Under the pieces are notes generated by a model. It was not told the DNA's origin. It made no database searches and worked only from the letters and a program-made list of their open reading frames with translations. The position numbers and the translations under genes are program-made. A DNA stretch of 64,000 nucleotides from an uncultured delta proteobacterium (lineage in GTDB: Bacteria; Myxococcota_A; Polyangia; Polyangiales; Polyangiaceae): contig CAWAIF010000003.1 of the NCBI GenBank assembly GCA_963782055.1, forward strand, positions 5,920,001 to 5,984,000, given 5' to 3'. Positions 30,964 through 41,410 of the stretch are shown in pieces. Numbering within the stretch: the stretch's first letter is position 1; the number at the start of each line of letters is the position of its first letter.

Positions 30964-32958
30964 TCAGTCCCCCCGGACGCGCAGGCCGGAGAGCTCCATC
31001 CACGAGCCCTTCCTGGCGACCAGCGCCACGTCGCCGTGGGCGAGGGGCGACGGCGCGACCGCCTCCAGCCGCAGGGGCGTGCCCTTCTGCCCCTTGCGGG
31101 TGAGCGTCGCCTGCAGCTTGCGGTCCTTGATGGAGAGGCGCACGTGGTCGACGCGCGGGATGGTGGAGGAGCCGGCGAGCTCGCGCTCCACGTGGCGTGC
31201 GTCGATCCACACCAGCGACACGCGCCAGGGCGTGCCGGGCACGATGCGCAGGCCGGTGCCGACGCCGTCGCGCGAGGCGCCGGCCCGCAGCAGGATGGCC
31301 ACCGGGCCCTGCGCGCGAATGTCGGCGTCGACCACGACGTCGTCACCGGGGGCGGAGAGGGCGGCGGCGTCCAGCGTGCTGGTGCCGACGACCCGCACGC
31401 GGGGGCCCGCCACCGCCCCGACCATGACGTTGCCCAGCAGGTGCGAGAGCGTCAGGCCGCCGCCGCTCCACGAGGCGCCGCCGGAGACAGGAATGCGTGC
31501 ATCATGCAACATCCCGAAGGTGAGGGGCTGCCCGTTGCGGCGCACGCCGGTGACCGTGCCGCCGGCCCCCCGCGCGACCTCCCACCGGTCGTGGCCGATG
31601 GTGAAGCCGACCGCCGCGCCGTTCGGCGCGAGGCGGATGCCGGTGACCCCCAGCCACTCGCTCGAGCCATCCGTCGCCGGCTTCCCGAGCGTCGCCGAGG
31701 CGCCCGCCGCGGAGCCTGGCGGGCCCGCCGCGACGAGCACGCCCAGCGCGTCGCACACGAGGGCGAGCGACTGCGGGCGGCCGCCGAGGAAGCGGGCCAG
31801 CGCGAGATCCAGCGTGCGCGGCGCGTCCGCGAGCAGCAGGCCGAGGGCGCCGGCGACGGCGGACTCCGGGGTACCGTCCCCCGCCGGGCCGAGCAGCTTG
31901 CGCGGATCGCGCGCGGCGGACTGCGCGTCGTGCTGCGCGGCCAGCCGCAGCTCCCCGCGGTTCTGGAGGACGCGCGGCGCGACGTGCGCGGCGAGCGCGG
32001 CGGCGAGCGCGGCGAAGGGCGCCTTCACCGGCGTCCCCTGCACCTCGTCCTCCGGCAGCACGTCCGCCGCGGCGCTGGAGTCGAGCCGCACGGGCACGCC
32101 GAGCACCGCGCCGCGCGACCGCAGGGGGGCGCGACCCTCGCCGAAGTACACCGCCTCGACGTCGCCCATCGCCGAGCCGCCGACGCGCGCGAGCATCGAC
32201 CGCACCGCGGCCACGCGCGCGGGGGCCTTGCCGTCGTCGAGCACCAGCACGCGGCGCTGGATCAGGATGGAACGCCGGGCCGGATCGAGCCCCAGTCGGT
32301 CCGCCGCGTCGATGGTGCGGGTGGGCGAGTCGCTCGCCATGTCCAGCACGGCGAGGGCGAGCTGCGCCCGCGCGAGGGCCGTGTTCGGACCGACGGGCGC
32401 CGAGAGCGCGAGGACGGTGCCGTGCTTGCGCGCGTGATCGCCGAGGAGCTTGCTGCAGGCGTCGTACGTCCCCGGCGCGATGCCCGCGCGCGGGTCGTGG
32501 GCGCGCGGCGTGGGATGCCCGGCGCCGGCGATGTCCCCGCCGATGAACGCGTAGATGCGCCGCAGCTCCCGCGCCTGGTCGGGGTGGGCCTCCAGGTCCG
32601 GCGTGTGGGCGAGGACCGCGTCTGCGCGAGCGAGCAGGCCGCGGACGACGGCGGGCGCCAGCACGTTGCGTGACGCGGCGGACCCCGGGCCGAAGAGCAC
32701 CTCGTGCAGGAAGGCGACGCGCGCGTCGGTCACCGGCGTCGCCACCAGCGCGGTGGACATGGCCTGAGCCGACTCCGCGGCGGAGAGGTCCGGCCGGGCG
32801 ACCAGCGCGCGTACCTTCTGCGCGCTGGCGCGCTGCGCCCCCTGCGTGAACTGGCGGATGACGGCCGTCTCGCCGGGCGTCAGTGATGCCTGCGCGCCTG
32901 CGGGCGCCAGCAGCGCGGCCGCGAGCGCGAGGGCTCCTACGATGCTTGCATTGCGCAT
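30964..32958 (-). CDS. Hypothetical secreted protein
   Basis: 664-aa ORF with signal peptide ending AQA-S. Confidence 0.75.
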   Translation of the reverse strand: MRNASIVGALALAAALLAPAGAQASLTPGETAVIRQFTQGAQRASAQKVRALVARPDLSAAESAQAMSTALVATPVTDARVAFLHEVLFGPGSAASRNVLAPAVVRGLLARADAVLAHTPDLEAHPDQARELRRIYAFIGGDIAGAGHPTPRAHDPRAGIAPGTYDACSKLLGDHARKHGTVLALSAPVGPNTALARAQLALAVLDMASDSPTRTIDAADRLGLDPARRSILIQRRVLVLDDGKAPARVAAVRSMLARVGGSAMGDVEAVYFGEGRAPLRSRGAVLGVPVRLDSSAAADVLPEDEVQGTPVKAPFAALAAALAAHVAPRVLQNRGELRLAAQHDAQSAARDPRKLLGPAGDGTPESAVAGALGLLLADAPRTLDLALARFLGGRPQSLALVCDALGVLVAAGPPGSAAGASATLGKPATDGSSEWLGVTGIRLAPNGAAVGFTIGHDRWEVARGAGGTVTGVRRNGQPLTFGMLHDARIPVSGGASWSGGGLTLSHLLGNVMVGAVAGPRVRVVGTSTLDAAALSAPGDDVVVDADIRAQGPVAILLRAGASRDGVGTGLRIVPGTPWRVSLVWIDARHVERELAGSSTIPRVDHVRLSIKDRKLQATLTRKGQKGTPLRLEAVAPSPLAHGDVALVARKGSWMELSGLRVRGD

Positions 32959-33045
32959 GACCTCCCCCGTGAGACGGCGCGCGCGCGCTTTGTGTGCACA
33001 CGCGCCGCCGTGGAGTGGAAGACCGGGGCGACGGCCGCCGCACGC

Positions 33046-33777
33046 TCAGCTCGGAGCGTCGGCGACCTCCTCCTCGTCCTCGTCTTCGTCGTCGTCGTCG
33101 TCAGGCTCGTCGGGCAGGTTGGGCAGCGAGGCGGAGGGCGGGGGCTGGTAAGGCTTGCCCTCCTTCTCCGCCTGCTGGCGGGCCTTCTCGGCCGCGGCCT
33201 TCGCCTGCGAGACCTTCTGCAGGATGGCGGGCTTGGGCGCGACCAGCACGGTCATCGTCCGGGCCTCCATCATGGCGCGCGTCTCCACGTTGCCGAGCTC
33301 CTCGATCCCCGCGATGACGTAGGTGAGCTGCTCCTGCGCCTTCTCGGGGTGGGTGATCTCGCGGCCGCGGAAGCGCACCGTGAACTTGACCTTGTGACCG
33401 GCCTCGAGGAAGCGGCGCGCCGCCTTGACCTTGAAGTTGAGGTCGTGGTCGTCGGTCTTGGGGCGGAGCTTGATCTCCTTGATCTCGACGACGGTCTGCT
33501 TGCGCTTGGCCTCGGCCGTCTTCTTCTTCTCCTCGTACTTGTACTTGCCGAAGTCGAGGATCTTGCACACCGGCGGCTCGGCCTTGGGATTGACCTCCAC
33601 GAGATCGAGGCCCTGTTCCTGGGCCATGCGCATCGCGTCGTGGGTCTGCATCACGCCGAGCATCCCGCCGTCCGCGCCGATGACTCGGACCTCGGGGACG
33701 CGGATGCGGTGGTTGACTCGAATCTGGAACTGGCGCTGGTTCTGGCGCGGATCAAAGCGGGGACGGCCCATTGCCAT
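33046..33777 (-). CDS. infC: Translation initiation factor IF-3 with C-terminal extension
   Basis: NHRIRVPEVRVI, PPVCKILDFGKYKY, KEIKLRP, FRGRE. Confidence 0.96.
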   Translation of the reverse strand: MAMGRPRFDPRQNQRQFQIRVNHRIRVPEVRVIGADGGMLGVMQTHDAMRMAQEQGLDLVEVNPKAEPPVCKILDFGKYKYEEKKKTAEAKRKQTVVEIKEIKLRPKTDDHDLNFKVKAARRFLEAGHKVKFTVRFRGREITHPEKAQEQLTYVIAGIEELGNVETRAMMEARTMTVLVAPKPAILQKVSQAKAAAEKARQQAEKEGKPYQPPPSASLPNLPDEPDDDDDEDEDEEEVADAPS

Positions 33778-33956
33778 AACTTGGGATTTGCCTCCTGAGA
33801 GATGTGCGGGAAACTACGTGTCGTGCGAGCGCCGAACGACGACGCGCGGGAAAGGTTGACCTGAAGACTCGGCCCTCGCCCGCGGATCCCGCCCCGCACA
33901 GATAGACGACCGGCTGCCCTGTGTCCAGACAGCCCGGGCCGCATTAGAGTGGGTCC

Positions 33957-35075
33957 GTGGCAGCGAACCTGGGGGCGATCTCCGACCGGCTTTTCCGGGA
34001 TTTCATGGCGCCGCTGGTGGTCGGGGGGGCCATCGTGCCGGGCCGCCCGGTCGGGGGAAAGAACGCCCTGCTGCTGGACGAGCACCAGGCGCTCACCGAC
34101 CCCGACCTGGTGTCCCACGTGGAGGTGGCGCGGGTCCGGGCGGCGCGGGCGCTCTGGCCGCTCGACCGCGTGGAGGGGCCGACGGGCCCGGAGTGGGCGC
34201 TCGTGGCGGCGCTGCACGATCTGGTGCAGACCACGCACCCCGACCTGTCCGGCCTCTTCCGCGGGAGCGCGTCGGAGCGGCTCCTCCGGGTCGTCGACCT
34301 CACGCTCGACCGGATCCCACCACCGGCGTCGGTGGGCGACGCGCTGTCGCGGCACACCTGGATGGCGCGCATGCTGGAGATCGCGCGGACCGACACCAGC
34401 GTGCACTTCTGGGTGGGGTCGCGGCAGTTCCTCGGCGAGGAGCCGCCGGCGCGCCTGCTGGCGTGGCCGGAGCTGCGGCGGGTGCGCGTCGACAAGACCC
34501 CGCACGCGCTGCTGGACCTGCCGGCGGCGGGCGGGCACGTGGACCCGGCGCGCTTCGCCTCGGCGGTGGCGCACGTGCTGTCGCGCACGCCGCTGACCGA
34601 CGTGGCGACGTGCACGCGCCTCGAGCCGGCGTTCGCGTGGACGCCGGAGAACCTGGCGCTCGTGGCGACGCGCGGCGGCCGCACGCTGGCGCTGCGTGCG
34701 CTGGCGCGCCAGCACGAGTTGGACGTGGACGCCGCGCTCGGACGCGCGACGGCGATGCTCGTCTCGGTGAAGGCGGTGCCCGCGCTGACCATCGCCGCCG
34801 CCGTGCTGGGGGAGCGGGCGCTGGGTGCGGCGGAGGACCGGGCGCAGCGCGGCGTCCACGCGCCGGAGACGACGGCCGACGACGCGCTCTGGGCGCGGGG
34901 CGTCGGGGCCTACGTGGCGACGCAGATGATCGCGGCGCGCCCGGAGGCGTTCGCGCCCTCGCTACGCGAGGCGATCCTGGCGCAGCTCCGCCCGGAGCTG
35001 GGCGGCACGCCTGCGCGGACGGTGGGGGCGATGCTCTCGCCCGCGGCTACTTCTTCTTCAGCTGCGGGAAGCTGA
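33957..35075 (+). CDS. Hypothetical protein
   Basis: 372-aa ORF with coding-like composition; no motif recognised. Confidence 0.65.
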   Translation: MAANLGAISDRLFRDFMAPLVVGGAIVPGRPVGGKNALLLDEHQALTDPDLVSHVEVARVRAARALWPLDRVEGPTGPEWALVAALHDLVQTTHPDLSGLFRGSASERLLRVVDLTLDRIPPPASVGDALSRHTWMARMLEIARTDTSVHFWVGSRQFLGEEPPARLLAWPELRRVRVDKTPHALLDLPAAGGHVDPARFASAVAHVLSRTPLTDVATCTRLEPAFAWTPENLALVATRGGRTLALRALARQHELDVDAALGRATAMLVSVKAVPALTIAAAVLGERALGAAEDRAQRGVHAPETTADDALWARGVGAYVATQMIAARPEAFAPSLREAILAQLRPELGGTPARTVGAMLSPAATSSSAAGS

Positions 35076-35760
35076 CCGGCTCCGGCGCGTCCTCGAGGAC
35101 CTCGATCTTGCTGTAGGTGATGATGCCGTCGAGCGGATCGGACTCGACGCCGTTGGACGACTTGCTGAAGTTCACGCCGTACTTGCCGGTGACCTTCACC
35201 TTGGCGCCGATGGCGGGGAGCGGGTACGGGATGGGCACCGCCCAGAGCTCGTCCTGGAGCAGGTCCTTGTCGTCCGGTGCCTTCTTGAGATCCTTGTACT
35301 TCTTCCAGGCGTCGAAGACGTTGGCGAAGTTGGAGGCCCAGCCCATCACGCGGACCTTCCACTGGCTGCTCTTGTCGCCCTTGGCATCGGCGAGGGTGAA
35401 GGAGGGGATCTGCGTGGTGCAGCCGTCGGGGTCCTTCTTGCCGGTGGGGTGCAGGGCGCACGGGTCGACCGTGTCCATGTTGGAGTCGACGATGTAGCCG
35501 ACCACCGTGATCTCCTTGCTGGTGACCTCGGCGCTGTGGATCTCGCTGTTGAGCTGGTGGATGGCGCCGTAGACCGTGTACGCGTCGCCGTTCTTGATCG
35601 GGGTGCTCGGCAGGGTGGGCACCGCCGGCAGGTTGACCTTGCGACCCGACCACGCGGGCACCGGCTTGTACTTGTTCTCGTTGTTGCTGCACCCCGGCAG
35701 CAGCGAGGCGAAACCGGTGGAAGCAGCGAGGACCAGCAGCACGACGCCCTTGAGTTTCAT
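35047..35760 (-). CDS. Hypothetical lipoprotein
   Basis: MKLKGVVLL...LPGC lipobox; strong codon bias. Confidence 0.8.
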   Translation of the reverse strand: MKLKGVVLLVLAASTGFASLLPGCSNNENKYKPVPAWSGRKVNLPAVPTLPSTPIKNGDAYTVYGAIHQLNSEIHSAEVTSKEITVVGYIVDSNMDTVDPCALHPTGKKDPDGCTTQIPSFTLADAKGDKSSQWKVRVMGWASNFANVFDAWKKYKDLKKAPDDKDLLQDELWAVPIPYPLPAIGAKVKVTGKYGVNFSKSSNGVESDPLDGIITYSKIEVLEDAPEPVSFPQLKKK

Positions 35761-35913
35761 CTTCCGTTTCTCCATCGCAGCCGGGACGAAAAGAGGGCCC
35801 GGGCGCCTGACAGCACCGAAAAGCGCGCCGGATCGAGATATCACGGGCCGGAGCGGCGGGACAAGCGAGGTCTTTCGAGGGACAAAGCCCCGGGATCCTT
35901 GGGTGTCGCGGGC

Positions 35914-38195
35914 TCAGCCCACTCGCTTCGGGCCGTCGGCCCGCGGGAGGCGCGGCGCCTCGGCCGTCTCCAGCGCGAGCACGTCGGCGGCGCGCACCAC
36001 GTCGCCCTCGCACCGGGCGACCAGGTGCAGCACGATGGTCGCGACCTCGGCGTCCTCGCCGGAGAGCGGCCACTCCACCAGCCGCGCGAAGGCGGCATCG
36101 TCCATGCCCACCGGGCGGCCGCGCACGCGCAGCCCCTCCCGGGCGAGGCGGTCGGTGAAGATGGCGCGCAGGTCCTCCGGGCGCTCGGCGATGCTCGGCA
36201 GCCGCACCGGCGTCTCCAGCGCGGCGCCAAGGCGCGAGGCGAGCACCGGATCGAGGCGGCCGGACTCCACCAGCGTGGCCGGCTCCGCGACGGTGGTGAG
36301 CGCGAGGATGACGTCCAGCGGCTCGGCCCGCTCCCAGGGCGCGCGGCGCTCGGCGATCGACTGGCCGATCGCGCGCTGCACGTCCGCCGGGAGGGCGGCG
36401 CCGTCGAGCAGGACGAGGACGCCGCCGTCGGCGAGGGCGAGGGGCGAGGCGATGGGATCCTTCCAGCGGGCGAGGTCGTGCTCGCGGGCGCTGGTGCCGT
36501 CCACCAGGACGAGCGGTCCCTCGGCGCGTGCACCCGAGAGGTGTGCGCGGGCGAGGAAGGGCACCGGGTCGACGCCGCTGCGCGCCACGGCGACCACCGG
36601 CGCGCCGGCCTTCGCCAGCCGCTCGAGGGCGTCGTATGCCATGCGCGAGGCGGCGGCGTAGATGCCGACGGTGGCGGGCCGCGCGAGGCGCGAGGTGGCC
36701 CGGACGTGATGCGCGGCGGATCGCGAGAGCGCGTGAGCGAGCCGCTCGGCGCGGGCGTCCATGTCCTCCGCGGTGCGGGCGGCCTCCGACTCGCGCGCCA
36801 TGCTGCGCGCCAGCGCGGCGCGGGTGGTGCACGTCGCGCCGAGCTCGTCGGCGAAGGTCTTGGTGGCGCGCACCTCCTCCAGCGACATGGGGTCGCCGCG
36901 CGTCCCGCGGGGCAGCACGAGCAGGCCGACCGCCTCGCCCGCCGCCGTGACGAGGGAGGCCGCGATGGCGTTGCGATCGTCCAGGAAGGCGAGCAGCGCT
37001 CGCAGGTCGGGGCGTCGCACCTCCAGCGCGCGCAGCGCGTCGGCGCGCAGCGTCGCCTCCGGCTCCGCGGCGGCCACCTCGAGGAGGTTCGCCGGCAGCT
37101 CGGCCGGACGGGAGCGCGCGTACCCCGCGGCGTCGACGGCGAGGACGGAGGGCGGGTCGAGCAGCCACAGCTCCGGGGACGCGGCGTTCTCCCCGGCGGC
37201 GCGGCGCAGCAGGACGAGGGCGTCGGCGAGCGCGGCGTCCGGATCGTTGCGCCGCAGGGCGCGCGACGCCGCCGCCAGCGCGGCGAGGAAGTTGCCCTGC
37301 ATGGGCTGGAGCTGGGTCTCCAGGAGCGGAAGCGCGGCGCCCACCGCCAGCGCGCCGGCCACGCCGACCACCACGATCGCGCTCGCGGCGTACGGCCGGT
37401 CGGCGGCGGCGATGCCCACCAGCATCGCCACGAAGGCACCTCCCCCCCGAGCACGACCGCGCGGCGCCCGGCGCGCGCGACGCCCACCGGATCCCCCAGG
37501 CGCAGCGCGGCGACGGTCACCACCGAGGCGACGGCGGCGAGGAGCGGGAAGCCGGAGCGGAGCGGGAGCAGGCGCATGAGCAGGACGGCAAGGGTGCCGG
37601 CGCTCAGGAGCAGCAGCAGGGTGCCCGCCGCGCCGAGGCGATCTGCCGGGCCGAGCTCCAGGCGGCGATCCAGGCGCTCGACCATCACCAGGAGGAGGAG
37701 CGCGGCGACCGAGATGGCGGGTACGGCGATGGAGAAGGCGGCGGCGTGGCCGGCCAGGGACGGCGCGGCGTGGAAGGCGCTGGCCAGGTGCGCGACCACC
37801 GGTAGCGCCCACGGCAGGCCCACGAAGGTGAGGGCGAAGAAGCGGGTGCGCGGGCGCGGCACCACGACGCCGCCCAGGCCGGGCACGTTGCGCAGCGCCC
37901 ATGCCGCGGCGGAGAGGCCCACCACCCCCGCCACCGCGGCGGCGGCGCCCAGGAACCCGGGCGCGTCGTCGCCGCGGGCGAGCACCGCGATCGCCACCCC
38001 GGCCGCCCAGAGCGCCCACCCGAGGGCTCGCTCCCCGGCGCGGGCGGCGAGGCCGGCCAGGACGAGGCCTGCGAGCACCAGCGACACGCTCTCCAGGTCG
38101 GTGTGGCCGCGGTGATGCAGCGCCGCGCCGCCCACGTAGGCGACGCTGGCGAGCGCCGGAAGCAGGGCGCGACGGCGGAGGAGGGCGGCGAGCAC
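35914..38195 (-). CDS. Polytopic membrane protein with degenerate sigma54-interaction (AAA+)-like domain; frameshift in the C7 run near 37445
   Basis: Multi-TM N-terminus; ADGGVLVLLDGAALP, LPSIAERPEDL. Confidence 0.65.
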
Positions 38196-38247
38196 GGAGA
38201 CAGGTGTTTTACTTCAGATCAGGCCCTGGCGGGCTAGCATCTCCTTC

Positions 38248-39417
38248 ATGACCAGCGTGCCCATGGCGTCCCCCATCGAGCTTTCGCGCTCGCGCGGGCG
38301 CGGAGGGCGCGTGGCGGAGCTGCTGCTCGTGGGCGGCGTCACGCCGCTGCTCTTCGCCCTCTCGTGGCTGCTGCGCAAGGCGGTCGGGCTGGACGCGGCG
38401 GAGCTCGCCGCCGGCTTCACCACCTTCTACGCGGCGTTCATCGTCAACGACCCGCACTTCTCGGTCACCTACTTCCTCTTCTACAAGGACGCCCGCGCGC
38501 GCGCGTTCGGTGGCGCGTTCCGCCCGGCGCAGCGGGCGCGCTACCTGGTCGCGGGGCTCGTGGTGCCGCTGGTGCTCGGCGCCTACGCCGCCTGGGCGAT
38601 CGCCATCCGGTCGGGGCCCGCGATGGGCCTGCTGCTGCAGCTCATGTTTTTGCTCGTCGGCTGGCACTACGTCAAGCAGGGGTTCGGCGTGCTGACGGTG
38701 CTCTCCGCGCGGCGCGGCGTGCGCTTCACCCCGCGGGAGCGGCTCGCGCTGCTGGCGCACTGCTTCGCCGGCTGGGCGTACGCGTGGGCGAGCCCGTACG
38801 ACCCGGGGCGACCCGCGCAGGAGAAGGGCGTGGTGTACATGACGCTCGCGCACCCCGTGGGGCTGGAGCGGCTGACGCACGTCGTCTTCCTGGCGACGAT
38901 CGTGCCGCTGGTGTGGGTGCTCGTGCAGAAGTGGCGGCGGGAGGGACGGCTCCCCATCTTCACGCCGCTCGTCGCGTACCTGTGCAGCATCTGGGTGTGG
39001 TCCGTCTACTCGGCGGTGGACCCCGTCGTCGTCTACTTCATCCCGGCGCTGCACTCGGTCCAGTACCTGTATTTCGTCTGGCTGATGAAGCACAACGAGG
39101 GCCGCGCGCGGGAGGGGCCGCCGCACTTCGAGCTGTCCGCCAGGGTGCGCGTCGGCACGCTCGCCGTCTCCGCGCTCGCGCTGGGCTGGGTGCTGTTCCA
39201 CGGCGCCCCGACGGCGCTCGACGACATGCTCGTCCACCGCCGCGCCGCGTTCGACACGGCGCTGGGGCCGACACCGTATTTTGCGGCGCTCTACGCCTTC
39301 GTCAACATTCACCACTACTTCATGGACTACGTCATCTGGCGCCGGGACAACCCGGACACGCGGTATCTCGTCGCCGGGGCGGCACGCGTCGAGAGTCGCG
39401 ACCCCTTCGCCACCTGA
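38248..39417 (+). CDS. Hypothetical polytopic membrane protein
   Basis: His-containing motifs DPHFSVTY, WHYVKQGFG, HSVQYL, HHYFMD. Confidence 0.8.
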   Translation: MTSVPMASPIELSRSRGRGGRVAELLLVGGVTPLLFALSWLLRKAVGLDAAELAAGFTTFYAAFIVNDPHFSVTYFLFYKDARARAFGGAFRPAQRARYLVAGLVVPLVLGAYAAWAIAIRSGPAMGLLLQLMFLLVGWHYVKQGFGVLTVLSARRGVRFTPRERLALLAHCFAGWAYAWASPYDPGRPAQEKGVVYMTLAHPVGLERLTHVVFLATIVPLVWVLVQKWRREGRLPIFTPLVAYLCSIWVWSVYSAVDPVVVYFIPALHSVQYLYFVWLMKHNEGRAREGPPHFELSARVRVGTLAVSALALGWVLFHGAPTALDDMLVHRRAAFDTALGPTPYFAALYAFVNIHHYFMDYVIWRRDNPDTRYLVAGAARVESRDPFAT

Positions 39418-39509
39418 AGGCTTCGCGTGGAGGCGAGGGCTTCGGCCCTCCCGGAGGGAGACAGCGAGAGCGCCGTCAACGCGCCTCTGGACGGCTCCCG
39501 AGCGGTGCT

Positions 39510-40376
39510 ATGGTCTGGCTCGTGCCGGCCGGTGCTCCGCAGCTCCCCAACCGTCGGGCGCGCACGCGCGCGCTGCTGGCGCTCGCGCTGGCGCGGACGA
39601 CGGACGGCATCATGACCAAGCTGCTCCTCGGCCTGGGCGCGGTCATGGCGATCGGCATGGTGGTGCTCGGGGTGATCGCCGGCCGCTCCAGCGCGCCGCC
39701 GGACCTCGAGCGCGTGCCCGTCGCGACGACGATGGTGATGGCGTGGGGCGCCGGCGTGCTCATCGCCTTCTCCGCCGCGGCGCGCTCGTACTACCGCGAC
39801 CTGGACGAGGGCTACTTCGCCCTGGCCGCGCTGCGCGGGGCCTCGCCGTCGCGCTTCGTCATGGCGCGCGTCGCCGCCCTCGCGCTGGTGCTCTTCGGCA
39901 TCGCGGCGTGCGGCGCGCTGCTCGCGGGCGCCGCCGCCGCCCTCGCCGCGCACGGTGGCCGCGCAGCGCTCTACGCCTCTCGCGGGCTGATCCCCTCCTT
40001 CGCCTACGCCGCGGGCTTCGCGGTGACGGTCGCACCCCTCTCCGCCGCCATCCTCGGCACCCGCACGCGGACGGGCGGCTACGGCCTGCTCTTTTTGCTG
40101 CTCATCCTGCCTGCGCTGCTCTCCGACTGGACCGCGCAGCTCGTCCCCGCACCGTGGGCCGAGCTGCTCTCCATCCCCGGCGCGCTCGATGGCCTCGAGG
40201 CCTCCCTCTCCACGGCGTCGTTCGATCTCCTGCAGGCCGTACGCGCCATCGCCATGGTCGCCGCGTTCGCCTTGCTCGCGCTGGCGTGGGTCCGCGTGCA
40301 GGCGGCGGCGCTCGGGTCCGATCGGCGCGCGAGCGAGCGGCGCGCGCTCCAGGCGGCGCGCGGGGTGACGCCATGA
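39510..40376 (+). CDS. ABC-2-type permease-like membrane protein (start uncertain)
   Basis: About six TM segments, RDLDEGYF; coupled to the ABC-like gene. Confidence 0.6.
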   Translation: MVWLVPAGAPQLPNRRARTRALLALALARTTDGIMTKLLLGLGAVMAIGMVVLGVIAGRSSAPPDLERVPVATTMVMAWGAGVLIAFSAAARSYYRDLDEGYFALAALRGASPSRFVMARVAALALVLFGIAACGALLAGAAAALAAHGGRAALYASRGLIPSFAYAAGFAVTVAPLSAAILGTRTRTGGYGLLFLLLILPALLSDWTAQLVPAPWAELLSIPGALDGLEASLSTASFDLLQAVRAIAMVAAFALLALAWVRVQAAALGSDRRASERRALQAARGVTP

Positions 40377-41410
40377 TCGAGCTCGCCGGCGCCGCCGCGC
40401 GGCAGGGCGGCCGGCTCTTCCGCCGCGGGCCGGCGGGGATCGACCTCCACCCGACGACGCTCTCCCTCGGCGAGGGCACGCACGCGCTGCTCGGCCGCGC
40501 GGAGGACGGCGTGGGCGTCGCCCTCGCCGCGATGGCCGGCGCCCTCCGCGCGCGAGGCACCCTGCAGGTCCTGGGGGAGCCACCGCGGCGCGTGCGCAGG
40601 TCCATCGCCTACATGCCGGCGGACCCCGTGCTGCCCGAAGCGCTCAGCGTCGAGCGCGCGCTCGCCGTCGCGGCCTCCATCCGCGGCGACAGGCCGAAGC
40701 CCGCGCGCGAGGTGCTGGCCCCGCTCGGGGTGGAGGCGCTGGCGCCGCGCCGCGTGGCCTCCCTCTCGCTGGCGGAGACCCGCACGGTGGTGCTGGCGGA
40801 GGGGCTGGCGTCCGCCGCGGTGAAGGTGCTGCTGCTCTTCGAGCCCCTGCTCGGCATCGAGGCGCCGGCGGTGATCGCCCTGCCGCGCCTGCTCGCGGGT
40901 CGCCAGGGGTGCGTGGTCGTCGCCACCGCCTCCACCGAGACGGCCCTCGCCCTCGCGTCCTCCTGCGCGCTCTTCGATCGCGGCCGCCTCCTCCGCGTCG
41001 GCCCGACGGAGGAGGTCCGCCGCTGGGCGCGCGGCACCGCGCGCTTTCGCGTGGACGTGTCCGACCCGCGCGCGGTCGCCGCCCTGTTGGCGAAGGATCC
41101 CGCGGTGGCCGCCGTCGCGCTGGAGCCGCCGGGCCTGATGGCGGACGGTCCGGATCGCGACGCCCTCGCGCGGGCCATCGCCCGGGCGGTGGTGGACTCG
41201 GAGGTCGCGGTGCGGCGGATCGAGCCGCAGCCGCCGCCGGTCGAGGAGCTGAAGGCCAACGTCCTCGGCCACCTGATGGGCGTCTACCAGGCCGCGGTGG
41301 AGAAGGCGCGGACCGAGCGGGTGGCGGCGGAGCAGGCCACGACGAAGCCCCCGGCAGAGGCGCCGGCGCACGCCCCCCGGATGAACGGGACGGGCGGAGG
41401 TCACGCGTGA
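40373..41410 (+). CDS. Degenerate ABC ATP-binding-like protein
   Basis: ABC fold traces: IAYMP, RVASLSLAE, LLLFEPLLG, LFDRGRL. Confidence 0.6.
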   Translation: MIELAGAAARQGGRLFRRGPAGIDLHPTTLSLGEGTHALLGRAEDGVGVALAAMAGALRARGTLQVLGEPPRRVRRSIAYMPADPVLPEALSVERALAVAASIRGDRPKPAREVLAPLGVEALAPRRVASLSLAETRTVVLAEGLASAAVKVLLLFEPLLGIEAPAVIALPRLLAGRQGCVVVATASTETALALASSCALFDRGRLLRVGPTEEVRRWARGTARFRVDVSDPRAVAALLAKDPAVAAVALEPPGLMADGPDRDALARAIARAVVDSEVAVRRIEPQPPPVEELKANVLGHLMGVYQAAVEKARTERVAAEQATTKPPAEAPAHAPRMNGTGGGHA

